In this document: one piece after another, positions 48,548-59,184 of the stretch | How positions within the stretch are numbered: position 1 is the first letter of the stretch | Layout of the letters: the number at the start of each line of letters is the position of its first letter | Assembly: GCA_002497295.1 (NCBI GenBank) | Contig: DANO01000039.1 | Coordinates: forward strand, 16,405 to 80,404 | DNA: 64,000 nucleotides | Origin: Euryarchaeota archaeon UBA171 | GTDB taxonomy: Archaea; Thermoplasmatota; Poseidoniia; Poseidoniales; Thalassarchaeaceae | Direction of reading: 5' to 3' | Notes under the pieces: generated by a model | The model's database searches: none | Told to the model about the DNA's origin: nothing | The model's input: the letters and a program-made list of their open reading frames with translations, nothing else | Made by a program: the position numbers and the translations under genes

Positions 48548-49185
48548 ATGGAGTTGGTTACTCTTAGCATAGTCGGACTCATAACGATTGTAGTACTTTT
48601 CTTGTGGGCCTTTTTGGAAGTTCGATTATCACTCCTGAAATGAGTCTTCTATCTGGTACCTTACTTGCTGTAGCCGATCTTTTTGTAGAACTTCTCGGTA
48701 CCTCAATGGGAAAATGGGAATATGTAGACTCCGTTATATTTCTAGAAGGTCGCGTACCGGTGGAACTCGTTCCAATCTTCTTCTCTCTTGGAATGTTGAT
48801 GGCTTTTATCTATGAATGGCTAAATGTATCTGAGTTAGATATTTCACTCAGTCTTTCTCTAAACATAATCATCCTTCTTGGCGTTTCTGTATACGTCTTT
48901 AGGACTTACAATGATCAGCCGGTAGCTCTGGTAATGATATCCGTGCCACTCGGCGTCTGGGGGCTTATGCAGATTGATGAGATGCGCATGAGGGCCCTAA
49001 GCATCATGTTTGCAGGTTTCGTGGGGGTGGCGGACTATGTCATCGAAGTGATGATAATGAATTCTGGAGGGTATGCCTATTCTGCTGGTTTCAGAGCTGA
49101 GACGCCTCTAACATACAGAATGGCTATTATGGCTATTTTTGGAGTCATAGAGTGGAGTAGGAAAAGACGGGTTAGTACATCTTAG
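48548..49185 (+). CDS. Multi-pass membrane protein, apparently split by a 1-nt frameshift near 48640
   Basis: ATG 48548 gives a 31-aa TM peptide ending TGA 48641-48643; overlapping ATG 48640 continues in another frame with an internally repeated TM unit. Confidence 0.55.
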
Positions 49186-50677
49186 CCAGATGCTGCCTCC
49201 TGACAGTCTCCTTCCCAGTTATTATGCAAATTCTGGGTGCCTCATATGGCTCTAACAAATCTCCAAGAAGAGTTAGATTTGTAGATTTTTCTAGTTTTTC
49301 TGCATCCGCATCATTACCGTCGAATGCTACTTCATACACCATTCCTTCATCTAAATCGGAGGGTTTCTGAGGCAGTGACAGGAGGACAGACATCCTGGAC
49401 TCCATTAGATTTGAAGATCTCAGTCTAAGCTCTGTCGAAACGTCCTCGAGAGCCTTCATCACGGTATCTTCTAACAGATCGAGAGAATGACTCGCCTTCC
49501 CGCCAGTTCTGAGGTTCATCACAAAGGAATCGCTGGATAGGTCACGTGGACCGATTTCTATCCTAAGGGGCACTCCCTTGATTTCCCAGTCATAATGCTT
49601 AGCACCAGGACGCATGTCCCTTGAATCGAGTCTAGCCCTGATTCCAGATTTCTTCAGTCGCCCTACAATAGTTGACGCCTGAGGCTCGACGGCCTCGTCA
49701 AGATGCGCCGCTACAGGCATAACCACGACTTGGATGGGTGCGATCGATGGGGGCATTATGAGTCCGGCGTCATCGCCATGAACCCCTACCACAGCGCCTA
49801 AGAGCCTCTCACTCATTCCAAATGTCGTTTGATGGCAATTACTCTGACTGCCGTCCGCACCCTCGTATGTGATGTCGAATGCGCGAGCCCATTGGTCTCT
49901 GTAGTGATGGTATGAGGCTATTTGCAGTGTCCTCCCGTTAGGCATGATTGCATCAACTGCATTTGTGTACCATGCTCCAGGAAATGTATCCCAGACAGGT
50001 CTCTTCGATATGATTGCAGGGAGACAGAGGTCATGAAGGAGTCTCCGCACTATATCTGAATCCTCATCTATCTGGGCATCGGCTCCAGATTGATCTGCGT
50101 GCGCAGTATGAGCTTCGAAAAAGTGGATCTCGCGCACTCTGATGAAGGAACGGGTCTGCTTAGTCTCGTATCGGAATGTATTGACAATCTGGAATGTTTT
50201 CAGAGGTAGATCTGCATGTGATCTGATCCATAGGGAGAACATGGTATACATCGGAGTCTCGCTAGTGGGACGTAGAAACATCGGGACATCAAGATCATGT
50301 TCACCAGCATGTTTTACCCAATAGACTTCCTTCTCGAAGCCCCCAATCTCTTCTTCAATTCGTAACTCAGAGGGGTCAACGCCTTGTTCTCTCGCCATTT
50401 TAAGAGTCTGTACCAATTTATTCTCCTTATCCAAAAGATCGTGGGGCACCAACAATGGGAAGTTGTACTCATCGTGATCCGTGTTCCTCATCTCCGTACG
50501 AACGAGTGCGTCTATGTTCCCCATTGCACTCCATCCATAGGGTTTCCATACATCCATTCCTTTGATCGGGTACCGCTTATCGACAAGATCTGCTATCTCC
50601 ACTATCGCAGGATACCAAGAGTTGAAGTCTTCTTTGGGGGGGATGCCTCGTTTGGCGCTACCTGGTCCCTTGGGCAT
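49172..50677 (-). CDS. proS: Proline--tRNA ligase, archaeal/eukaryotic type
   Basis: LRPTSET, DLPLK, FRYETK.TR..IRVRE, G.SERL.GA...HGD, C-terminal Y. Confidence 0.96.
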   Translation of the reverse strand: MPKGPGSAKRGIPPKEDFNSWYPAIVEIADLVDKRYPIKGMDVWKPYGWSAMGNIDALVRTEMRNTDHDEYNFPLLVPHDLLDKENKLVQTLKMAREQGVDPSELRIEEEIGGFEKEVYWVKHAGEHDLDVPMFLRPTSETPMYTMFSLWIRSHADLPLKTFQIVNTFRYETKQTRSFIRVREIHFFEAHTAHADQSGADAQIDEDSDIVRRLLHDLCLPAIISKRPVWDTFPGAWYTNAVDAIMPNGRTLQIASYHHYRDQWARAFDITYEGADGSQSNCHQTTFGMSERLLGAVVGVHGDDAGLIMPPSIAPIQVVVMPVAAHLDEAVEPQASTIVGRLKKSGIRARLDSRDMRPGAKHYDWEIKGVPLRIEIGPRDLSSDSFVMNLRTGGKASHSLDLLEDTVMKALEDVSTELRLRSSNLMESRMSVLLSLPQKPSDLDEGMVYEVAFDGNDADAEKLEKSTNLTLLGDLLEPYEAPRICIITGKETVRRQHLAKMY

Positions 50678-50719
50678 AGTCCTTCCACCGCGTTATAACC
50701 TTCAAAATGCCGGATGCAT

Positions 50720-51901
50720 CTACTCCATCCAGTATGAAACAATCGATTCAATGGATATGCATAGATGTTCTAAATCCGATATCTCATCTACATCGTTCTT
50801 CGTAACTAAATGTGCCCTGGGCCCAGGGCCATCGAGATTCTCCAATAGATTTGCAACAACTGCATCGCTTTCACAGCGTTTCATGTGAGATCGCGCTCTA
50901 GAAATCAGCTCCTCGACCTCTATTTCACTTTCTAGTTTGAACGAGATTATTCTGGAATTTGAGCCACTAGACCGTATGGAATCGATCAATCGAGGAGATG
51001 GTTCAACTTCTATGGGCGCGGGAGGTGTGGAGGATGACATTTTCACCATTGAAGGGTTAACTGGCTGAAAATCGAGAACTGCTGCTGCTACAATCCACAC
51101 GTCCGGGATGGACTTGGCCATAACGCCCCTAACTGCTTCTACCATCGCCTGAGGTGTTCTGGCTATTATGTCCGATTGAACCCCACTCGTTTCCACGATG
51201 CCGCATATCCTGGTGACACTGTGCCCCATCCTCTCCAAGTAATCGCTTATCTGAATGCCAGTTTTACCAGAGGATTTGTTCGAAATCACACGTACAGGAT
51301 CAATCGATGACTCGGTGGCTCCATAAATGACTACAACATTTGCTCTATTCGGAAGATTTTCGTTAATTTTCGCTGCTGCGAATCTGACAATGTTTGTGGG
51401 AGAAGGTTGCTTCCTTCTCCCCTCTACAGATGGGGAAACTAACACCTTGTAGCCGATCGATTTGATTGTCTCGATCATATCCCCCGTAACTGCATCGTCA
51501 AACAAGTCATCATGCATTGAAGGAACCAAAAGGATAGTTTTCCCGGCTCCAGAGGCAGCCGTTATTGCCATCATCGCAGGATCATCCATAACGCCAGCGC
51601 ATATTTTGGATAGCGTGTTCCTCGTTGCTGGCGCAACAAGCACGAGATCTGGTGTGTCCAAACCAGGCAAATCAGAAGACCAACCGGTATTCACATCGCT
51701 ACCGGTTGCCCACCCAACGGCGAGCGGCGAAATGATTTTTGTGGCTTCTGACGTCATAGTCACTGTGATTTCTGCCCCATGCCTGCGCAACTCTCTCGCC
51801 AAGCGTACTGTCTCTACAGCAGCTATTCCACCAGTCACAACAAGGTGCACCATCTTACCCCTCAGGGAGTCACCAGACAGTTGAACATCAGAGTCGCGCA
51901 C
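50720..51901 (-). CDS. coaBC: Bifunctional phosphopantothenoylcysteine decarboxylase/synthetase
   Basis: TGGIAA, APAT.NT..K, PSMH, GAT.E.IDPVR.ISN.SSGK.G, AAAV.DF, VAN. Confidence 0.92.
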   Translation of the reverse strand: MRDSDVQLSGDSLRGKMVHLVVTGGIAAVETVRLARELRRHGAEITVTMTSEATKIISPLAVGWATGSDVNTGWSSDLPGLDTPDLVLVAPATRNTLSKICAGVMDDPAMMAITAASGAGKTILLVPSMHDDLFDDAVTGDMIETIKSIGYKVLVSPSVEGRRKQPSPTNIVRFAAAKINENLPNRANVVVIYGATESSIDPVRVISNKSSGKTGIQISDYLERMGHSVTRICGIVETSGVQSDIIARTPQAMVEAVRGVMAKSIPDVWIVAAAVLDFQPVNPSMVKMSSSTPPAPIEVEPSPRLIDSIRSSGSNSRIISFKLESEIEVEELISRARSHMKRCESDAVVANLLENLDGPGPRAHLVTKNDVDEISDLEHLCISIESIVSYWME

Positions 51902-51973
51902 ATGTACACGGCCAACGTTGTTTGCTTTCAGTTCATCGACAGACTAAACCTAGATGGCTGGCGGAGTGGGTAC

Positions 51974-52525
51974 ATGGAGGGGATAGGGGCACGTCTTCAC
52001 CGTCGGACAAGTCCGTTCATCCTCCTTGATGCAGTTATACTTGCTGTCCTTCTTGCCAGCCACGTAACCATCTTTGGATTCCTGCTATCCTCCATAGCTT
52101 CTGTTGTGGGCGCCTCTGCATTGTTGTATGTTGTTTTTAGCGCCTACTCATTCAGGAGAATGCGCCTAGGATCACTATCTCAGGCAATGAATGCGTTTTA
52201 TGTTCTTTTCACATTGTATGTGGCAATTGGCATCATTGATTTTCTTGCAGCCGGATTGATTGGTGATGGTTGGCTATTCATACAGGCTTTCCTAGTTCTA
52301 CTACTGGCACGGTCGTGTTTACAACGGAGAAGGGCTTTAGACGATCCTCGTTTTAGATCATGGTGGACGATATCCACAGGAGAAGATGTATTGGGAATCG
52401 AACTCTCCGAGGGAGAATTACTCGCAACTTGTCCATCGTGCGCATCCATGCTCGCGGTTATTCCTGAGAAGCTTGAAGAAGGCGATCTCTGCCCTATTTG
52501 CGGCAAGTCCCTAACTGGAGGCTGA
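51974..52525 (+). CDS. Hypothetical membrane protein with C-terminal Zn ribbon
   Basis: Four TM segments then CPSC..CPICG; likely start ATG 51974. Confidence 0.7.
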   Translation: MEGIGARLHRRTSPFILLDAVILAVLLASHVTIFGFLLSSIASVVGASALLYVVFSAYSFRRMRLGSLSQAMNAFYVLFTLYVAIGIIDFLAAGLIGDGWLFIQAFLVLLLARSCLQRRRALDDPRFRSWWTISTGEDVLGIELSEGELLATCPSCASMLAVIPEKLEEGDLCPICGKSLTGG

Positions 52526-52529
52526 CTCT

Positions 52530-54347
52530 ATGGTGTTCAACGTGAAGAGGGTCAATGCGGTTTTACTAGCCCTGGCATTCTTTTCTGCACCCTTAGCCGG
52601 ATGCTTCAGTTCAGAAGGAGACATGATGGAAGAAGATCAGGGGCATTGGCTTCCACCTGTAGAGGACAGACACGCCATGGAGTATAGAACCGATGATGTG
52701 TTCTCCCGAGTGTCAAGGAATGGCACGTATGGAATAGACTTGGTTCGTTCAATATACGTTGAAATCCCTGAAATTGAGGCTTCTGACGGCGGAGCTGGAA
52801 TCACAGGGGGAGCTGAGGTCCATCTTGGCCTCTGGATGCCTGTGATAGAGGGGTGTGATTGGGAATCGGAAGTAATCGAAGACGAGTGTAAGATTCCTGT
52901 AATAACGGAAATTGGACCCTATTACGATGATGGAGATGTAGATGCACTGACACCTGCGGATCGCCTTGGTCGCTTCTTGATTGAAAATTTCGTCCCCCAT
53001 GGTTTTGCAGTCGCTCAAGTTTCTGTCTTCGGCACAGGAGAATCTAACCATTGCATGGATTTGATGGGGCATGACGAACAATCTGGCATCAAGGGCGCCA
53101 TTGACTGGCTCGGGATGCAGGTATGGTCGAATGGCCGTGTTGCTGCAATAGGGAAGTCATATGATGGGAGTACGCCATGGAACGCTGCTGCCTCTGGTTC
53201 AGAATATCTCACTACCATAATCCCGATGTCCGGCTTGATAGGGATGCATGACCTGATGTGGAGGAACGGGAGCATGGAGGCTCGTGGCGCCATTATGCAT
53301 AATGGGGTCTACGGATCTTTCGGACTTGATGGCGACAGCGGCGATATTGAGAATGCTTGCGAGGGATATCTCGAAGGGTATTACGCAGGTCCAGCGGCTT
53401 ACATGACAGGGGATAATCTGGGATGGGTGGGCTCGGACTATTGGGAGGAGCGACATTTTCTAACTCGCGCTCTCGAAATGTACAGTGGTTCGATTTATAT
53501 CATCCATGGACTACAAGACTGGAATGTTGATCCTCATATGGCATTTCCAACGCACCAGATGGCTATCGATGCAGGATTTGAAGTAAAGGGCCTTTATGGT
53601 CAGTGGGCGCACGATTATCCTGATCGTGATAGCGGCCATTCCAGCCTCTCGAGCGGGAGGGGGGGCGAAGCCTACCCCTATACCCTGCGCTGGGATTGGG
53701 GGGATGATCTTCTCGAATGGTTTGACTTCTACCTGAGGGACATCGGACCGCAACCACGGCTGATCGCCGAGATACAGGATAACATGGGTGGTTGGAGAGT
53801 AGAATCTACCTACCCCCCCGAGGATGTAGAATGGCTAATGATCGGAATGGATCAGTGCGACTTCATCGGAAGTGCAGTTATAGGCTCAAACACGCAATCG
53901 CAATTCTCATGCCCTGAATTCGAGGAAAATACACGCATAGTTGGGACTCCAACGTTCCATATCGAAGCCCAGATATCGATTTTCTCGACATCTGGACATC
54001 TCTTTGTAGAGATGCAGAGATCTTCTGACGGACTGCACCTGGGGCATGCTGTGATGGACCTCAGATTCCATTCGGGGGGGAAGGACGGGGAGATCTTAGC
54101 ACCAGGGAGTACCGTTATTGCAAAGATGGAGTTTTTCGGCATGGACGTAGTCGTACCGGCGGGCGATGGGATTTCCCTCTTCTTGAGTCAAACAGGGGAG
54201 GATTATGTGCCAAGCCCGGTATCAACGCAAGCAGTTACCATATCGACTGATGCTGCGTCCACATTGGGTCTTTCAATAGTCAATCGTTCATGCAATGATC
54301 TCTTTTTGCCGCCGATGGCTGATAATTATCCTTTTTGCGAAGATTGA
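52530..54347 (+). CDS. CocE/NonD (peptidase S15, X-Pro dipeptidyl-peptidase-like) lipoprotein
   Basis: LAGC lipobox, GTGES..C, GKSYDG nucleophile, HGLQDWNV, GQWAH. Confidence 0.88.
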   Translation: MVFNVKRVNAVLLALAFFSAPLAGCFSSEGDMMEEDQGHWLPPVEDRHAMEYRTDDVFSRVSRNGTYGIDLVRSIYVEIPEIEASDGGAGITGGAEVHLGLWMPVIEGCDWESEVIEDECKIPVITEIGPYYDDGDVDALTPADRLGRFLIENFVPHGFAVAQVSVFGTGESNHCMDLMGHDEQSGIKGAIDWLGMQVWSNGRVAAIGKSYDGSTPWNAAASGSEYLTTIIPMSGLIGMHDLMWRNGSMEARGAIMHNGVYGSFGLDGDSGDIENACEGYLEGYYAGPAAYMTGDNLGWVGSDYWEERHFLTRALEMYSGSIYIIHGLQDWNVDPHMAFPTHQMAIDAGFEVKGLYGQWAHDYPDRDSGHSSLSSGRGGEAYPYTLRWDWGDDLLEWFDFYLRDIGPQPRLIAEIQDNMGGWRVESTYPPEDVEWLMIGMDQCDFIGSAVIGSNTQSQFSCPEFEENTRIVGTPTFHIEAQISIFSTSGHLFVEMQRSSDGLHLGHAVMDLRFHSGGKDGEILAPGSTVIAKMEFFGMDVVVPAGDGISLFLSQTGEDYVPSPVSTQAVTISTDAASTLGLSIVNRSCNDLFLPPMADNYPFCED

Positions 54348-54376
54348 CTGTCTGATGCATCATCTTGGAGTAGGAC

Positions 54377-55522
54377 CTACAATCGCTCAATTGCTACCCC
54401 TATCCCCATGCCCCCACCGATACACATGAGTGCCATAGCCCTGGACCCTGGCGTACTCTGGAGTAACGAGGCTGCTTGGCCCAGTATCCTAGCCCCGCTG
54501 GCGCCTAGGGGGTGCCCTATTGCGATAGCGCCCCCATGGATGTTTACCCTTTCACCATCCAAACCAAGTTCTGAGATAGTTGCAATGCTCTGCGATGAGA
54601 ATGCCTCATTGACCTCGAATATATCTACATCAGAGAGTTTCCATCCGGTTCTGTCCGAAAGCTTTCTTCCAGCAGATATCGGACCGATTCCCATCATATT
54701 GGGGTGGACTCCGGTCACTGCTCCTGCAACTACCTTAGCCATCGGAGATATGTTCATCCTCTGAGCGTATTCTTCAGAGCAGACTATCATCGCAACGGCT
54801 CCATCTGTGAGAGGGGATGAGGTTGCGGCTGTTACGCTTCCATTCTCATCAAACGCGGGTGGAAGGCGTGCCATACTGTCGATCGTGGTACTTGCTCTTA
54901 TACATCCATCAAGCAATACCTCCTTTCCATCTATGTCAGAGACTCCGATAATGTGCCTGTTACTAGTCTCATACTCGGCAGCCTTCATGTGGCTTTCAAA
55001 GGCAAATTCCTCCTGTTGCTCTCGTGTGATACCATACTCTCTAGCAACATTCTCAGCAGTTATACCCATTGATATGTACGCATCAGTGACTCCTGACTCT
55101 AGAACAGGGTGAGGACTCCAGTTGAAACCACGCCTCTTCACTCTGGACATCGACTCTACGCCTGCGACTACGTAGCACTCTCCTTGTCCGACACTAATGG
55201 CGTTCGCAGCTGATATTGCTGCCTGCATCGAACTACCACATAGCCTGTTGATGGTCATACCTGGAACAGTTTCTGGGAGATTGGAAAGCAAGGCGGCCAT
55301 TCGGCCTATGTTGTAACCCTGTTCGCCCTCGGGATACGCACATCCGACAATAACGTCATCGATATCGTCCGAGTTTATTTTGAGGCGTGAAACAATCTGG
55401 CTGATGCAAGCCGCCACCATGCTCTCTGGCCTCATATTCACAAGTTTTCCTTTGTGTGCTCTGTGAAATGGGGTTCGGACCCAGCCTGCAATGATAGGAG
55501 CCATGGCCGCGAGGGTGGACAT
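54377..55522 (-). CDS. Acetyl-CoA C-acyltransferase (thiolase)
   Basis: NRLCGSS, NEAF, GHPLGASG, CIGGG.G. Confidence 0.95.
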   Translation of the reverse strand: MSTLAAMAPIIAGWVRTPFHRAHKGKLVNMRPESMVAACISQIVSRLKINSDDIDDVIVGCAYPEGEQGYNIGRMAALLSNLPETVPGMTINRLCGSSMQAAISAANAISVGQGECYVVAGVESMSRVKRRGFNWSPHPVLESGVTDAYISMGITAENVAREYGITREQQEEFAFESHMKAAEYETSNRHIIGVSDIDGKEVLLDGCIRASTTIDSMARLPPAFDENGSVTAATSSPLTDGAVAMIVCSEEYAQRMNISPMAKVVAGAVTGVHPNMMGIGPISAGRKLSDRTGWKLSDVDIFEVNEAFSSQSIATISELGLDGERVNIHGGAIAIGHPLGASGARILGQAASLLQSTPGSRAMALMCIGGGMGIGVAIERL

Positions 55523-55593
55523 GGCTGCTTAACGATTGAGTCGGACGAACCTCTGACCGGTGTGTATTAATCAGGGCCTTTGTTCGCTGGCTC

Positions 55594-56283
55594 ATGATTC
55601 GCGAATGTAGCGTACACGGTTATTTCTCTGATGAGCCCCTATGTCCCGCCTGCAATGATGAGGGGAAGTTCATCATGCGCTCCGGTGAACGGAACAGCAT
55701 GGCCAGGAGGCTGGCCCTTATTCTGAGGCACGCGCCTGAGAAATTCGATCTCGAAATGGACATTAACGGCTGGATAGACATCAAAGATATCATTCGTCAA
55801 TTCAAGAAAAGAGATGAGCGACGATATCACTGGCTCAGGCCGCATCACTTCAGAGCAGTCTCTGAGACAGATCCGAAAGGGAGATACGAGGTTCGGGGGA
55901 ACATGATTAGAGCGACATACGGGCATACGGTCGAAATAGAACTGGATCTTCCTACAGAGAACATTCCCTCCTCGCTGTATTTCCCTTGTGGCCCTGATGA
56001 GGTAGAAGCGCTTCTGGAAGCGGGTCTGATACCCTCGGGAAGGGCTCATGTTCACCTCTCAGGTAGTATAAGATCCGCAGGTGATGCAGGCAAGGTACAT
56101 CACGATAGACCAGTTATACTTGACGTGGACACCGCAAGAATGGTAGCTTCCGGCCACACCGTTTGGCATGCGGGAGTCACAGTATATCTTGCAGAGAGCG
56201 TAGATCCTGAATTCCTATCAGTCGCTGATCCGAATGACCCAGAAATGCAGATTATGACTGCTAAATGGGATGAAGAAGAGTGA
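55594..56283 (+). CDS. kptA: RNA 2'-phosphotransferase (Tpt1/KptA)
   Basis: ILRH.P, D.KGRY, IRATYGH, GL.P..R.HVHLS; N-terminal Zn ribbon. Confidence 0.92.
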   Translation: MIRECSVHGYFSDEPLCPACNDEGKFIMRSGERNSMARRLALILRHAPEKFDLEMDINGWIDIKDIIRQFKKRDERRYHWLRPHHFRAVSETDPKGRYEVRGNMIRATYGHTVEIELDLPTENIPSSLYFPCGPDEVEALLEAGLIPSGRAHVHLSGSIRSAGDAGKVHHDRPVILDVDTARMVASGHTVWHAGVTVYLAESVDPEFLSVADPNDPEMQIMTAKWDEEE

Positions 56284-56284
56284 A

Positions 56285-56611
56285 CTAGGACTCTTTGTAT
56301 GTCCCACAAAGGGGGCAGAATCCAAGATCGGATGAGACCTTCTCCCCGCAAGATGGGCACACCGTCGGATCGGGGTTTCGTGCAGAGGGTATCTCTACAG
56401 GTCTTACATTCGCATCCCTCTCAACGAATGGATTACTGATTATTCCACTAGATAATGCAACGAGATCTGAGAAACTCTGAGCTTCATGCAAAGCGGAGTT
56501 GAGTCGCCTCAGGGTTATTTTCCTCTCCTCGATATCCTCTATAGATTCCGAATCTTCAATTCTTGCCTGTAACCATCGTTTGAATCTAGACATGTCCGCG
56601 TCCTCGGCCAT
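56285..56611 (-). CDS. Small protein with C-terminal zinc ribbon
   Basis: CPSCG..FCPLCG. Confidence 0.7.
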   Translation of the reverse strand: MAEDADMSRFKRWLQARIEDSESIEDIEERKITLRRLNSALHEAQSFSDLVALSSGIISNPFVERDANVRPVEIPSARNPDPTVCPSCGEKVSSDLGFCPLCGTYKES

Positions 56612-56677
56612 GACGTTCTGCACGGACGAGGACAGAAGAACCTGTGGTCGACGGCGCAATCAAATGCTTCGCTTAAC

Positions 56678-57490
56678 GTGAGTACAAACGTGGGACGGAC
56701 CGTAATCAAATTTGGAGGGGCTCTAATTACTGAGAAGGAGTCAAGGAAAGTGTTCAGACCAGATACAATATCGGCTATCGCACCAATAATATCCAAGATG
56801 TCAAATTCTGGAATGGACTTCATAATCGTACATGGCGCGGGTTCTTTCGGCCATATAGACGCTAAGTCAGGGGACCTTTCTAGAGGGCGTCTGCCCGGTA
56901 GAGAGGAAGAGCAACGTCAAGCAAAGGAAACGGTAAGAAAATCCATGTATGAGTTGAATGGCTCTGTGATATCAATTCTTGAGAGTCATGGAATTAGATG
57001 TCGGTGCCATCCTCCAAGAGATTGGGCTAATGGGACGGGGCCTAAATTCAAGGGGGATATCAAAAGATTCGAAGAAGATGGATACGTGCATGTTACCTTT
57101 GGCGATGTTGTTGATGTTCCAGGGGATCGAGAGTTTGGAATTCTATCTGGTGATCACCTCATGGAGAGGCTCTCAACTGAACTTCCAGAAGTGGAGAAAG
57201 TCATCTTCTTGTTAGACGGTATAGACGGGTTGTATGATATGGACCCTACCCTGAAGGGTTCCGAGATGATACCAGTTTGGACTTCGTCGACGACCTACGA
57301 GACTTCTATCAACAACTTAACTGATGTCACAGGCGGCATGGGATTGAAGGTCGATGTCGCTTCTAGAATTTCTAAAAAAGCCCCATTAGTAGCATTCGTG
57401 AATGGTCTCGACCCTGATAATCTTCATGATCTACTAATCGGGGAAGATTTTACCGGAACTCTGTTTGATGGGGCCAAAAGTGATGAATGA
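56678..57490 (+). CDS. ipk: Isopentenyl phosphate kinase
   Basis: KFGGALIT.K, VHGAGSFGH, GDVV, ILSGD, DVTGGM..K. Confidence 0.93.
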   Translation: MSTNVGRTVIKFGGALITEKESRKVFRPDTISAIAPIISKMSNSGMDFIIVHGAGSFGHIDAKSGDLSRGRLPGREEEQRQAKETVRKSMYELNGSVISILESHGIRCRCHPPRDWANGTGPKFKGDIKRFEEDGYVHVTFGDVVDVPGDREFGILSGDHLMERLSTELPEVEKVIFLLDGIDGLYDMDPTLKGSEMIPVWTSSTTYETSINNLTDVTGGMGLKVDVASRISKKAPLVAFVNGLDPDNLHDLLIGEDFTGTLFDGAKSDE

Positions 57491-59180
57491 CGAATGGTTG
57501 GAGGGAACCATGCGGGATGTACTAGAAGGCCTGGACTCTGATCAGAGATCCATGATGTCGGAGCTATGCATCCTGGTTGACAAGGAGGATAATCCGATTG
57601 GTGGCGCCTCCAAGAAAGAATGCCACTATGGCGAGGGCGCTCTCCATAGGGCCTTTAGCGTCTTACTATTCGATAAGGACGATCGATTGCTAGTGCAAAA
57701 GCGAGCATCGACGAAGATCACATTCCCATCAATATGGGCAAATACCTGCTGCAGTCATCCACTCATGGTATCGGATGGAGGGGCGGCTACAGAAGAGTCA
57801 GTTCGTTCTGCAGCCATAAGAAAGATGGAACAAGAACTCGGCGTCCCCTCGGAAATATCAGATAAATGGGATTTTAGGGAGATTGGTAAATTCAAGTATA
57901 GTTCAAGATGGGATTTCGAATGGATAGAAAGGGAAATCGACCATGTCCTATTGGTTAGGGGTGATACTGATATCAAACCTAATCCGAACGAGGTTGAAGC
58001 GTTCGAATGGTTGAGTCTAGATGAAGTTAGGAGTATGGTAACGCAAACCGGGCGTTGGTCTGAAGAGATAGTAGCCCCCTGGTTCAAGACCATAGTGAGT
58101 GCGTATTTGCCAGAGGGCAAATCGATAGATGAGGCAATGGAAAGTAAGTCTGATGAAATCCTCCAATTCGGAAGAATGTCTCTAAATCTGGGTGATTCTA
58201 GCCAGATTCTAGCGCAGATTTCAGAGCATAGAGAGCATGCGGAGGACCATATCTTGAAAGGTCTTTCAAAGATTGGCCAATCAAGACTCCATGCAGCAAT
58301 GAGTCACTTGTTTACAGGCGGGGGGAAGCGTCTCAGGGCAATGCTCCCAATTCTGGTTGGCGAAGCTATTGGGAAAGGGCATGAAGGACATTACGTTCTT
58401 GGCGCTTGTATTGAGATCATACACAATTTCACTCTTGTCCATGATGACATCATGGACCAGGACCCTGTTAGAAGAGGTCTGAAAGCAGTGCACATAGAAT
58501 TTGATGATTCTACCGCCATTAATGCTGGAGACGCCATGCTCGCTTTAAGTTTTGAAATGCTTGCAGATTCCAATCATATTGATGATGACCAATTACGATT
58601 GCTTGTAAAGAATATTGGGGAAATGGTTCGAAGAGTGGCAGAGGGACAACAAGAGGATTTCGAGTTCGAGGGTAGAGATTTCGTGTCAGAGCAAGATTAT
58701 CTCGCCATGATAGAAGGTAAAACAAGTGCAATGTTCCAAATGTGTGCCAAGACAGGGGCTATAATTTCCGGAGCTTCGGATGAAATGATAGAGACTATGT
58801 CGGAGTGGGGTCTGATGCTTGGTCTGTGCTTCCAAATAATGGATGATGTTATTGATCTGAGGTCCGATACGGAAACTCTGGGAAAGACTTCTGGTTCAGA
58901 TATCTCTAGCGGTAAGAGGACGCTGATTGCGATTCATGCGCTATCAAGCGGCGCGGATATGCCCAATTTCAAAGCAGCCTTCGGGAATGAAAACGCATCT
59001 GAAAGTATGATCAGCATGGCGATTGCGGATTTGGAGGATTCTGGAAGTCTGAATTATGCGTGGAAACGCGCGCTCGATTACCATGAGGCTGCACACCAGG
59101 CACTTGACAAAATTGATCCATCGCCCAGCTTGGATATATTGAGAACCATCACAGACTTTCAGATAACAAGAATTCGATGA
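57483..59180 (+). CDS. Fusion of type 1 (Nudix) IPP isomerase and short-chain polyprenyl (GGPP) synthase
   Basis: N-terminus: LHRAFSV.LF, QKRA..KITFP..WANTCCSHP, E.EIDH, PNPNEV. C-terminus: GGKRLR, HNFTLVHDDIMD..RRG, GQ..D, KT, FQIMDD. Confidence 0.92.
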   Translation: MNDEWLEGTMRDVLEGLDSDQRSMMSELCILVDKEDNPIGGASKKECHYGEGALHRAFSVLLFDKDDRLLVQKRASTKITFPSIWANTCCSHPLMVSDGGAATEESVRSAAIRKMEQELGVPSEISDKWDFREIGKFKYSSRWDFEWIEREIDHVLLVRGDTDIKPNPNEVEAFEWLSLDEVRSMVTQTGRWSEEIVAPWFKTIVSAYLPEGKSIDEAMESKSDEILQFGRMSLNLGDSSQILAQISEHREHAEDHILKGLSKIGQSRLHAAMSHLFTGGGKRLRAMLPILVGEAIGKGHEGHYVLGACIEIIHNFTLVHDDIMDQDPVRRGLKAVHIEFDDSTAINAGDAMLALSFEMLADSNHIDDDQLRLLVKNIGEMVRRVAEGQQEDFEFEGRDFVSEQDYLAMIEGKTSAMFQMCAKTGAIISGASDEMIETMSEWGLMLGLCFQIMDDVIDLRSDTETLGKTSGSDISSGKRTLIAIHALSSGADMPNFKAAFGNENASESMISMAIADLEDSGSLNYAWKRALDYHEAAHQALDKIDPSPSLDILRTITDFQITRIR

Positions 59181-59184
59181 TTCT

